Shown here: positions 27,701-37,880 of the stretch, piece by piece
Numbering within the stretch: the stretch's first letter is position 1
How the letters are laid out: each line of letters starts with the position of its first letter
Assembly (NCBI GenBank): GCA_964016885.1
Contig: OZ024745.1
Location: forward strand, 103,230,001-103,294,000
DNA: 64,000 bases
Origin: Eledone cirrhosa
Lineage: Eukaryota
Reading direction: 5' to 3'
Program-made: the position numbers and the translations under genes
The notes under the pieces: generated by a model
What the model was told of the DNA's origin: nothing
The model's input: the letters and a program-made list of their open reading frames with translations, nothing else
The model's database searches: none

Positions 27701-28009
27701 AGCTATATGGACGAAGTCATCATAACTTTTTTCCAAATAAACTATTGATTTCTCAAAACATGGATTATTTAATGAATAATTTACATTGTTAACAGTTGAA
27801 TGTACTAAAAATATTAAGTGTAAATAAATATTTAAGATTTTTACTGTTGTTTGCTATTTCCGTGGCAAAAATATTTGTACAGCGGAAGCTGAATTTAATA
27901 TATCTATTAAAAACATTTGTAATATTTATAATTTTTCAGAAAGTTTTTATTTAATATATTAAAGAAATGTTTAGTGATATATGTACTTACAATAAATCTG
28001 AATGAGGCA

Positions 28010-28226
28010 TTAACCTTTTTGATACCTATCTACAAAAAATGCTTCTGATTCTATAGAAAAAATAATTTAAAGAGTTCCTATTTAGATTTAAAATTTCTAG
28101 CCTTTGTTATGTTATAAATGCCATCTTAATTGTAAAATAATTAATGATTTTAGTAAATTCCCCCAAAGTCTTCATTAATCAATTCAAATATAGTGTATGT
28201 CAGAAAGATGGTAATGAAAGGGTTAA
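28010..28226. mobile_element. Second TTAA-flanked (piggyBac-type) MITE
   Basis: TTAA-CCTTTTTGATACC ... GGTAATGAAAGGG-TTAA. Confidence 0.55.
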
Positions 28227-28269
28227 ACAAAATGATACACTTTTTTTTTCTGAGTTTGAGAATTTATAT

Positions 28270-29215
28270 TCTCCTTCTTTGCTCATTTATTCTTGAAAGC
28301 ATCATGGGGGCAGAGTGCTCAAGCATGCCTTCCATCAGGTCCTATCAGAAGCAACTGTTTCCAATTGATTTGGCTGAATCCCCAAGCAATACCAGTCAAG
28401 CTCATGGGTGTTATCCAATCATCTTGCTCAGCGTCTACCCCTAGGTCTCCTGCCGATTGGTTTTGCCCATAAAATCTGTTTAGTGATTCTTTCCTGAAAA
28501 ATTCTGACTACGTGTCTGTAGTATCAGAGGTGTGATCTCTCAATTTGGAGAAGTACCAACTCTACCTTGAGTGACTCCTTAATCTCTGAGCTATGCACTC
28601 TATCGAGGAACGTTACTCCAAAACTCTTCATAGGAACCTCATTTCACATACCTGTATTCACAATCGTAATATTTTGGTCGTTGCCCAAAATTCATGACCT
28701 AAGGTAAGCATTGGCAGGAATACTGAATTGAAGATAGTGAGTTTGGCTTTTATACCTCTCTTCTTCTCATAACTGAATGCTGAAGCTGGCACATTACTGC
28801 ACTAGCTTTTGCAACTCTTGCATTAAATTCAGCCGCCTGCCTTACAGCACTTGTGAACAAGGCCATAAGATACTTGAACTTCTCCAAGATCTTCTGCTGC
28901 AGTAGATATCCACTCACATGTAGAGTGCACTGCAAGTCTTTCTTGAGAGGACAAGAGTCTCAGTCTTTGCAACATTGATTTTTATTCCTGCCATGCAGCA
29001 TTCAGCAGCAAACCTATCAAGTGCAAGTCGGAGATCACCTTCTGATGTTTTAAGCAATACCATGTCGTCTGCAAATTCGAGCCTTCTGATCCTACACCCA
29101 CCAGTCTTGATATCTCTTACAACTCAACTGTGTATATCAATCCAGTTCATGAAGTTTATGAACAAGTGAAGTGACACTACACACTCATGGCGGAGTCCAA
29201 CACGCACATTAAATG
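28270..29215 (-). pseudogene. Decayed RTE-clade LINE, same family as 9107-9970
   Basis: Shares GCAGCAAACCTATCAAGTGCA...TCTGCAAATTC...CTGATCCTACACCCACCA with 9245-9345; EKFKYL motif. Confidence 0.75.
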
Positions 29216-31380
29216 TAAATATTGCTAAAGAATATAAATATAAAATCAATGCAATATTTATATGAATAATTTTATATCTAAACATGCTTTGTTTCAATGC
29301 TTAATTATATTTCAATTTTGTTGAAGTGAATGAAATTCTATTGAATGAAACAATCTTTGATTGAAACACTCAATAACTCAGTACTAACAATTTTCACCAA
29401 ATTATTGTCTTGTGTGTAATTTGAGGCAGCATTTATGTGTAGTAATTTTTTAGTTGACTTTTTAGAAGAATAATATTTGTCCATGGATCTCCAGTTATAT
29501 CTAAGAAAATAACTATGAATAAATTTTGGGGGGATGAAAGTCATCAAATAACTCAAAAATATCTTTTGTGAATCTATCTAATTGTTGTTTGTACCTTTAT
29601 ATTCCATGTTATAATTAATTCAACATCTCAATATAGATCACATTTATGCTCACATACATTCCAACACATAACAGGGTCCATTTCATCATGGCATCAGCAC
29701 TAGAGAAGTTATGTCTTTGATGCAATGTAAGATTCATCTCAACCCTTTGTTTGGCAGGTTTTCTATAGCTAGATGCCTACGTATCATTGGGTGAATTTTA
29801 TCATCTCATCAACATTTAGAGAGGTTGTTGGGCCCTTGATGCAACTGAAGAGTCCTCTTAACCCTTTTTTGGCATGGTTTCTTCAGCTGAATGCCCTTCT
29901 TGTCATTCACCACTTTACAGGATGTTGTCTAAATCTAAACCAGTAGTTATTTCCTAAGCAATATAGTGTAGCTAGATATTTTTTATAACTATTAATCAAC
30001 ATTTGATAAGAACCCATTACAAGCACTAGTAATAATTTCATATAAATATTTTGTCTTGTCAGAGTAGACTTAAAAATGATATCGTTTTAACTGAGTAGAA
30101 TTTGAAAAAGTGATTTTATCAGCATCAGTATTCTTGTAGAAATCTGAAAAAAATCTTTGAACACAAGTTTATCAAAATAACATTGTTAGTGGCTATACAA
30201 TTATTTGGAATATAACATGCAAAACTTTCTAAGTAGAAAAACAACAGTTATGATGTTTATCTCTCATATAATCTAGATATTTGCACTCATATAACTGAAA
30301 GACACAAAATTCATTATCATCACTGTTTCCATGCATAGGTTAGACAGCTTGTCACGTTTTGAGGCTAGGCAGGACTGGTGACAACGTCTAATTCATAAGT
30401 ATCTGTTTTTTTTGCCTAGTTTCTACAGTTTGATGCCCTTCCTAATGCCAATCAGATTACAGCATGTACTGGGAGCTTTTTTGGTATCATTGCCACTATC
30501 GCTTTACATCATGGATTCATTGCTTTTTGTTGTGTCACCAGAATGACCTCCTAACATAATGGACTGGCTGTTTTTTTTTTTTTATTGTGACACCAACACT
30601 CTCATCATATAAAATGAACTGTGTACTTTTTGGCATAAAATCTATGCAAGAGCTGGTATGGAACATGTCCAGTTTCCCATGCATGCATGGCTTGGACAGT
30701 TAAGGTACATCAAGGGTGTGGAAGGTAGTACATCCTCATCATCATTTAACATTTACTTCTAATGCCCACCTGGGCCAAATGGGCTATCAGGCTCTGTAAC
30801 TAGGCTGGACAGGAGACCCTGTCTTTTTCATACATTCTGTTTTTGTTTTGGTATGGCTTCTATGGCTGGATGTTTTCTGAGCTTCAACTAAGCATTTTAT
30901 CATGATACAAGGTGGGCATATCTGACTTTCCATGTTGTCATGGGCAGGATTGGGGCAATGAAGGCAACCATTTTTGTATGTGTATATGGGTGAGGGGATA
31001 TGAAGGTGAGAGCTACCTTTCTCTGCTGGAAGGAATTGGAGAAATGGGGTGGAAGTGGAGATGGACTGTCTTTACCTGCTGGCAGGAGTTATTAAGTATG
31101 CAAGGTTGGGTGGGGATGGAGGAAGTGAGTGGAGGTACTTAGATAATGAGGGGGAGGTGAATATGCAGGATGGGATTGGAGGGAGGTTTATGGTAAGATA
31201 CTTAGATAATAAGGGAGGACGATGTATGTGAGTATTAAGATGAGGAAGGTGTATGGGGAAAATTGGTGCAGACTACTGTTCTCTTCATATTTGTTTCATC
31301 CCAGATGCATGGGAAAGTGGGTCTTCTGCAGTATAGCATATTGCCAGGGAGTTCAGTTCAGTGTCATCTCCTTTTGATGT

Positions 31381-31472
31381 TTAATGCTTTAGCATTTACA
31401 TTACTCTATATTTACTATTCTATTTTCACAGAAAAGGCTTTATCTCACAAAATTATCATACATAATATTGAA
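31381..31472 (-). mobile_element. piggyBac-type MITE P1 fragment, interrupted by a Helitron
   Basis: TTAA + TTTAGCATTTACATTACTCTATA...; MITE sequence resumes as TCTATGA at 32750. Confidence 0.7.
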
Positions 31473-31750
31473 TCATTATCTATAAAAGGCAGATTGTTGT
31501 TGTTGTTCTTGTGTGTGTGTGTGTGTGCATGTTCCATGTTTATACATTTGCACAATTTCAAACCGATTCGACTCAAAGTCTGTAAGAATGTTGTAAATGG
31601 TCTAACTTAGGTCAACGACTATTTATTTCATTCACACTTACCCACAATTACGGAAAAAATCGATAAAACTAAATACATGACGCTTTACCTCTCTAATACA
31701 ATCAGATATCCTTTCTCTACTCCCCTGAAACTTTAAGAGAGAGAGAGAGA

Positions 31751-31803
<53 letters not shown>

Positions 31804-32749
31804 TTTGTTTTTGAGTGTGGAACGGTCAAACATTTATTTACTTCAATGACAAAGAGAACTTATTACATTTCATACGAAACAACAATTATTCAAAAGCAAC
31901 AGATAAATTTATTCAACAACAAAAAAAAATAGCGATAAATCTTTTTTAAAACATCTATCAATGAACGTGGAAGAAAGAAGTATCAGTTCATTTACTATAC
32001 ACAATAATATCCTCTATGAGGTCACTAAACCTGCTAGAAACAGCAGCTAACTCTCCCCCATATCACACCACTCCCTACTGTCTTAAATTTAGAAAACATA
32101 TTCTCTATGAGGTCAATAAACCTGCTAGAAACAGCAGTTAACTCTCCCCCATATTCAAGAAGCAACAGATAAATTTATTCAAAAACAAAAAAATAGCGAT
32201 AAATCTTTTTTAAAACATCTATCAACGAACATGGAAGAAAGAAGTATCAGTTCATTTACTATACACAATAATATCCTCTATGTGGTCACTAAACCTGCTA
32301 GAAACAGCAGCTAACTCCCCCATATCACACCACTCCCTACTGTCTTAAATTTAGAAAACATATCCTCTATGAGGTCACTAAACCTGCTAGAAACAGCAGC
32401 TAACTCTCCCCCATATCACACCCCTCCCTACTGTCTTAAATTTAGAAAACACACATTAGACAACCATGCAGAACAACTCCATCGCAGCTCTGTTATTCGG
32501 CTGGCATCATATACGCGCGTGTTGCGCAAGTACTGTGAAACAATAAATTTCAACACTTCTTTGCACAGAGATAATATCCATAGGCGAAACTACAATTGTC
32601 ACTGCTGGCGCAGCTCCTGCTTCGGCAGTCCAGGTCTGCAATTCATTCACCCAGTGCCTGGCAGACAAAAAAGTGCTGCCATAAAATGGGTGGTTCAACC
32701 TAACTTTGGTAACTTACTGACCCCGAGCAACGTCGGGCTTTAATGCTAG
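31473..32749 (+). mobile_element. Non-autonomous Helitron
   Basis: Inserted between A and T with no TSD; starts TC(ATTATCTATAAAAGGCAG); subterminal hairpin CCCGA-GCAACG-TCGGG; ends CTAG. Confidence 0.85.
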
Positions 32750-32896
32750 TCTATGACCTTACTCAATTACATCCTTCCTCTACGAGAAGTAAGGTGATGA
32801 CACACGACCGAGACCTCTGGCGTCACGCAGTAATACAGAGTACCCGACCTCCAATGGGTACAAGCTGAAGCATATAGACAATATGCCCCACACCCT

Positions 32897-33165
32897 CCCA
32901 CTGCAAAGTGGTCGTTGAGGTGCCACGGCAAAAAAGCACCCAGCCCACACTGTAAAGTGGACGTGTAGGCGCCACGTAAAAAAAGCACCCAGCACTCACT
33001 GTAAATGAGGTTGGTGTTAGGAATGGCATCTAGCTGTAGAAATCAAGCCAAAATCAGTTCCTGTATGAGCAAGGCATGGTCAGCCGGCCAGACACTGCCC
33101 ACAACAGGACAACCCGTCTAACCCATGCTAGTATGGAAGAACGGACGTAAAACGGTGATGATGAT
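32897..33165 (+). mobile_element. SINE family A 3' half with two internal units
   Basis: CCACTGCAAAGTGG...AAAAAAGCACCCAG x2, RTE-type tail, (GAT)n. Confidence 0.8.
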
Positions 33166-33222
33166 CGGTACAGTATATGGAAGGGATCTATTAGGTTAAC
33201 GCTTGATATAGCACGAAGAGGG

Positions 33223-33258
33223 TCTTAACGTTTCGGACGCTAGTCCTTCATCAGAAGA
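33223..33258 (-). ncRNA. Minimal type-I hammerhead ribozyme motif
   Basis: Minus strand: UCUU CUGAUGA A GGAC-UAGC-GUCC GAAA CG UU AAGA; palindromic AACGUU stem III. Confidence 0.75.
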
Positions 33259-33557
33259 AAGAATGAGAAATAAGATAGATTGAGGGGACGGGCGCGATGG
33301 AATTGGAAAAATATGTCTTTAGATAAAAATAACAGGTCCATTAGTCGTTAAGACGTCAGATAGAATGCTTTATGGTATATTCATCCTTTCGAGGTTGATA
33401 AAAAAAAGTACCAGTACTGGGGTCAATTCTTCCTCTATAGAAAAAATCGGCTGTGTTCAGACCTGGGGAGGGTTGGGCTCTACCAAGTTTAAAAGTGCCC
33501 TAGACACGCCGTATGACGGTGACTCTATCACTCCACAAGGATTTATGGGATCTTTAT

Positions 33558-33619
<62 letters not shown>

Positions 33620-33635
33620 TATATGTGTATATATA

Positions 33636-34192
33636 TAAAATAAAATAAAATAAATAAGTCAAATGTTTAAAATTTGGCTTCGTTTATTACTGCTATATAT
33701 ATTTCGGTTCTGCCATGTATATGAAGAAATAGAAGGCAATAAAATGAAGAAAACAGAAAATAAATAATAAATAGAGAATAAATGAAAAAGTAATGAAAAA
33801 TGAAAATGTAAATGAAAAGTGAAAAATAAAAATGAAGATTCAAATAAAATAAAATGTGTGTGTGCTATAACCAATCTCAAGGTCAGAAATATGTTGGATA
33901 AAGTGGTAGGAGGAACAAGATGGTAAAAGAATAAAAGTTAAACAAAGTTAAACACCTCAACAACATGTGTACTCTACCACACTAATTCGGACTGCCTGAA
34001 AAGGTCACAGCCAAAGATGGCTGTCACCGAAATATATATAGCAGTAATAAACAAAGCCAAATTTTAAACATTTGACTTATTTATTTTATTTTATTTTACA
34101 TTACTCCGGAGTAACCAAACCAACCTGCGCTTCGTCGAGTGCTCCAATCTGCATACTAGGTGTTGGTATACAACCAACATATACTCAAAATT

Positions 34193-34195
<3 letters not shown>
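33636..34195. mobile_element. Penelope-like pLTR remnant with partial inverted copy, between (TA)n tracts
   Basis: 33636-33708 is the reverse complement of 34026-34098; contains a hammerhead-like motif followed by AATAAA. Confidence 0.6.
33991..34045 (+). ncRNA. Type-I hammerhead-like motif (G8>A core variant)
   Basis: ACUGC CUGAAAA GGU-C-ACAGCC-aaagau-GGCUGU-C-ACC GAAA UAUAUA UA GCAGU. Confidence 0.65.
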
Positions 34196-34259
<64 letters not shown>

Positions 34260-34261
<2 letters not shown>

Positions 34262-34438
34262 GGGGTCCCTATCATTCCACTGCAAAGTGGTCGTGGAGGT
34301 GCCACGGAAAAAAAGCACCCAGCACTCACTGTAAATGAGGTTGGTGTTAGGAAGGGCATCTAGCTGTAGAAATCAATCCAGAATCAGTTCCCATCCCACC
34401 CTTGCAAGCAGGGAAAAGCGGACATAAAATGATGATGA

Positions 34439-34441
<3 letters not shown>
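34260..34441 (+). mobile_element. SINE family A 3' half inside a (TA)n tract
   Basis: Matches 41697-41873. Confidence 0.85.
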
Positions 34442-34481
<40 letters not shown>

Positions 34482-34604
34482 TAGAAGGGGTATTTAATTT
34501 GTTGGAAGTTCAACAAATATAAATGTTTATAACTGATTTAGTGAATTTCCAACCAATAAGGTATGATTTTCATGCGTATGTCTCTATTTATAAAACAAAC
34601 ATTG

Positions 34605-34667
34605 TATTTTATCTGATGAAAGCGTATCAATGTATCTTGGTACACTAGAAATATATATAATAAAATA
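34605..34667 (+). ncRNA. Type-I hammerhead motif
   Basis: UAUUUUAU CUGAUGA AAG-C-GUAUCAA-uguauc-UUGGUAC-A-CUA GAAA UAUAUA UA AUAAAAUA; 8-bp stem I; first pair of stem II is mismatched. Confidence 0.65.
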
Positions 34668-34706
34668 AATATGGTTTTATAAATATAGTTTCCATTTATT
34701 TAATAT

Positions 34707-34779
<73 letters not shown>

Positions 34780-34798
34780 TATATATATATATATATAT

Positions 34799-35189
34799 GT
34801 ATGTATACGTACATACATATATGTGTACAGACGTACAGTAGTATGTATATATATACATACATGCACACATATATATATGTACGTATGGGTTTACCGAACA
34901 TTTATTATAATGTTCGGTTTGTTTGTAAATAAACAGCCCGAATTACGTCGTACAGTGCTCGGCAACCATCGTTGCCCTTTTGTTCAACACTGACACAGGA
35001 ACGATGTACTAGTTTCAAGCTTGAACAAAAGGGCAACAATGGCGTAATTCGGGCTGTTTGTTTATAAACAAACCGAACATTATAATAAATGTTCGGTAAA
35101 CCCATATGTACATATATATGTGTGCATGTATGTATATATATACATACTACTGTACGTCTGTACACATATATGTATGTACGTATACATAC
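34799..35189. mobile_element. Foldback/MITE-like long inverted repeat
   Basis: ~150-bp near-perfect arms (34799-34948 vs 35043-35189), an inner 22-bp arm pair, and an internal hairpin CCGAACATT...AATGTTCGG in each arm. Confidence 0.8.
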
Positions 35190-35247
35190 TTATATTTAGG
35201 TATCAGCCGTACTAAGAGGGAGAAATGAAATTTCATTTCATTCTTTT

Positions 35248-35300
<53 letters not shown>

Positions 35301-35422
35301 TAAGAATTAAAATACTAGTGTGTGTTGGAGTTAAACACCCTCTTCGTATTATAGAAATGACAGTAAAGGTATAGCTCAATGTAATTAAACAGAGCCGTAT
35401 TGGCCGATAGTGCTTCTTATAA

Positions 35423-35476
35423 CTTTAATTGCCCTGATGAGTCCTTAATAGGACGAAACATTGTTGGCTAATAAAG
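35423..35476 (+). ncRNA. Type-I hammerhead ribozyme motif, canonical core
   Basis: GCC CUGAUGA GUCCU-uaau-AGGAC GAAA C-auu-G UU GGC, with extended stem I (CUUUAAUU/UAAUAAAG) overlapping AATAAA. Confidence 0.8.
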
Positions 35477-35569
35477 ACTCTTGATGTATTGAAGGCTTCT
35501 TTGGTTTATTTTCATAATATATATTAAAATATAAATATTAATAAAATAGATGTTATTTTGATCAATTAA

Positions 35570-35622
35570 ATTTTATTATACATATTTCAGAGGTACAACA
35601 ATACGTCCTCATCAGACAAAAT
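35570..35622 (-). ncRNA. Type-I hammerhead motif (left arm, minus strand)
   Basis: AUUUUGU CUGAUGA GGA-C-GUAU-uguu-GUAC-C-UCU GAAA UAUGUA UA AUAAAAU. Confidence 0.7.
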
Positions 35623-36030
35623 ATAATGATACATGACATACCCTGAGATGTTAAATGGTTAAGATTTAATCAAGGTAGTGATTAACCTATGAGAAAACTC
35701 AACATTTATACGCTAATAATGAGAAAATGCGAAAACGTAATAATTTTATTACAGTTTATGAAGGCAACTGATTTCATAAACTGTAATAAAATTATAATTC
35801 CAGAGACGTCTTCCTCGATAATCATAATTTGCAATATCCCACATTTTAAAATCTCTATAACTGTTACATTAAAGCAACGTTTTTCTTACTCACACCCTCT
35901 CTATTGAATTTATTACGTTTTCGCATTTTCTCATTATTAGCGTATAAATGTTGAGTTTTCTCATAGGTTAATCACTACCTTGATTAAATCTTAACCATTT
36001 AACATCTCAGGGTATGTCATGTATCATTAT

Positions 36031-36083
36031 ATCTTGTCTGATGAGGACGTACTGTTGTACCTCTGAAATATGTATAATAAAAT
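36031..36083 (+). ncRNA. Type-I hammerhead motif (right arm)
   Basis: AUCUUGU CUGAUGA GGA-C-GUAC-uguu-GUAC-C-UCU GAAA UAUGUA UA AUAAAAU. Confidence 0.7.
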
Positions 36084-36220
36084 TTAATTGATCAAAAGAA
36101 CATCTATTTTATTAATATTTATATTTTAATATTATTAACTCTGGAAAATATATCTGAAGAGTGCTTCCAATCTATTGTAAAACTTATTCTTTGATGTACT
36201 CATCGAATCTTGTTTAACTC

Positions 36221-36251
<31 letters not shown>

Positions 36252-36345
36252 CGATATTAACAAATGGAAACTATATTCATAAAACCATATGTATTTCATT
36301 ATACATATTTCAAGGGCACCAAGTTAAATTATCAGATAAAATATA

Positions 36346-36524
36346 ATTGTTTCTTCTTTTGGCACAAGGCCAGCAATTGCCCAGTGTATTACTGGTACTT
36401 TATTTTATCGACCCCGTAAGGATGAAAGGCAAAGTTAACCTCGGCGGGATTTGAACTCAGAATGGCAAGGGCCGTAACTCTATGCGTCAAAGCATGGCGT
36501 CCGACCCTCTACCGATACTGCCAA
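36346..36524 (-). mobile_element. SINE family B inserted in the palindrome arm
   Basis: Reverse complement of 40140-40318; AT-rich TSD-like flanks ATAAAATA(T/A)AAT. Confidence 0.85.
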
Positions 36525-36649
36525 TAAAATAAAATATAGAGCAGTTTTATAAATAAATATTGACATACTCTTATCCGGGAGCTTCCAACAGTAATGGTTG
36601 CATTCTTTAAGGGTATGTCAATATTTATTTATAAAACTGCTCTATATTA

Positions 36650-36714
36650 TATTTTATCTGATGAAAGCACACCGTAATTTAACTTGGTGTCCTTGAAATA
36701 TGTATAATGAAATA
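36650..36714 (+). ncRNA. Type-I hammerhead motif
   Basis: UAUUUUAU CUGAUGA AAG-C-ACACC-(12 nt)-GGUGU-C-CUU GAAA UAUGUA UA AUGAAAUA. Confidence 0.75.
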
Positions 36715-36962
36715 AATATGGTTTTATAAATATAGTTTCCATTTGTTAATATCGCTTTTTTACTCCAATTATTTGTTGAGTGCTTTATATCAGTTATAAA
36801 AATATTTGCTTGTTGTATCCCAACAATTTAAATAGAACTTTTACATATATATATATATATTAATGCAATGAAATACCTGTGACCGTTGGTAAATCACTGA
36901 TGAGGGACTCATTTTATAACATGTTATCCATGTGCAACCATGCAGTATTCTTCTCCCCATTT

Positions 36963-36998
<36 letters not shown>

Positions 36999-37006
36999 AC
37001 TTTGTT

Positions 37007-37052
37007 AGTTTCAGAAGATCCCGTTAAGGGTGAAAGCAGCGATTCTTAAACT
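37007..37052 (+). ncRNA. Hammerhead-like variant (CAGAAGA core)
   Basis: AGUUU CAGAAGA UCCC-guuaa-GGGU GAAA G...C UU AAACU between (TA)n tracts; a second copy lies at 56819-56869 (-). Confidence 0.4.
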
Positions 37053-37072
37053 TTAATCTGTTATTTTAATAA

Positions 37073-37104
<32 letters not shown>

Positions 37105-37238
37105 GTTTATATGCATATACATGCATGTATACAAATATCTACACATACACTTGCACAATTTTAGTCACACAAAAATACATATAATCATTTTATCTCCCCC
37201 CCCCCACTCTCTCTCTCTCTCCAGTAACACACACATGT

Positions 37239-37271
<33 letters not shown>

Positions 37272-37419
37272 TAGGCTCACTCATACACCTCTCTTTACCT
37301 GTTTGTCTGTCATTTCTGTCTGTCTACCTGTTTGCAGTACCACCTGTTGGTATTCCTTGTCAACCAAAATCAGCTGATCTCTCCTCACTGTATGTCTGTC
37401 TCATTGTCTGTTTGTCTCC

Positions 37420-37880
37420 ATATATCACTTCTGTCTGTCTGTCTGTCTGTCATGTTTGTGTATTTCATTGTTTTCCTGTGTGTGTGTGTGTGTGTTTGCA
37501 TGTCTACATGTCTATTTGTGTGTGTGTGTATTTGTGTGTCTACATATGTGTTTGTGTGTATGTGTTTGTGTGTCTTCATGTGTGTGTGTGTCTGGATGTG
37601 TGTGTGTGTCTTCATATGTGTTTGTGTCCTCATGTATGTGTGTGTGTCTTCATGTATGTGTGTCTCTTCATATGTGTGTGTGTGTGTTATCGTGTGTGTG
37701 TATTCGTGTGTTTGTGTCATCATGTGTGTGTGTGTGTGTGTGTGTCCATGTGTATTTAGATGCCTTCGTGTGTGTGTTTGAGTGTCTGCATGACTATTTG
37801 TGTTCATTGCTGTGTGTCTGTATGTGTGAGTGTGTGTGTGCGCGCGCGTGTATGTGTTTGCATGTGTGTGTGTATCTATC
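37420..37880. repeat. Degenerate (TG)n microsatellite field
   Basis: TG-rich low-complexity sequence. Confidence 0.9.

Larger units (their letters stand above)
35521..36132. mobile_element. 612-bp palindromic element with a hammerhead in each arm
   Basis: Arms 35521-35743 and 35910-36132 are near-perfect reverse complements; the spacer starts with a perfect 22-bp-stem hairpin (35741-35794). Confidence 0.85.
36252..36754. mobile_element. Palindromic hammerhead element with a nested SINE
   Basis: Left arm (36252-36345 plus 36530-36573) is the reverse complement of 36608-36754; the left-arm ribozyme has an internal deletion. Confidence 0.8.

Noticed and set aside
36880-36965. CTGATGAG at ~36898 as another hammerhead
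   Set aside because: No closing stem II or GAAA found downstream; at best a decayed copy, although it is TA-flanked like the others.
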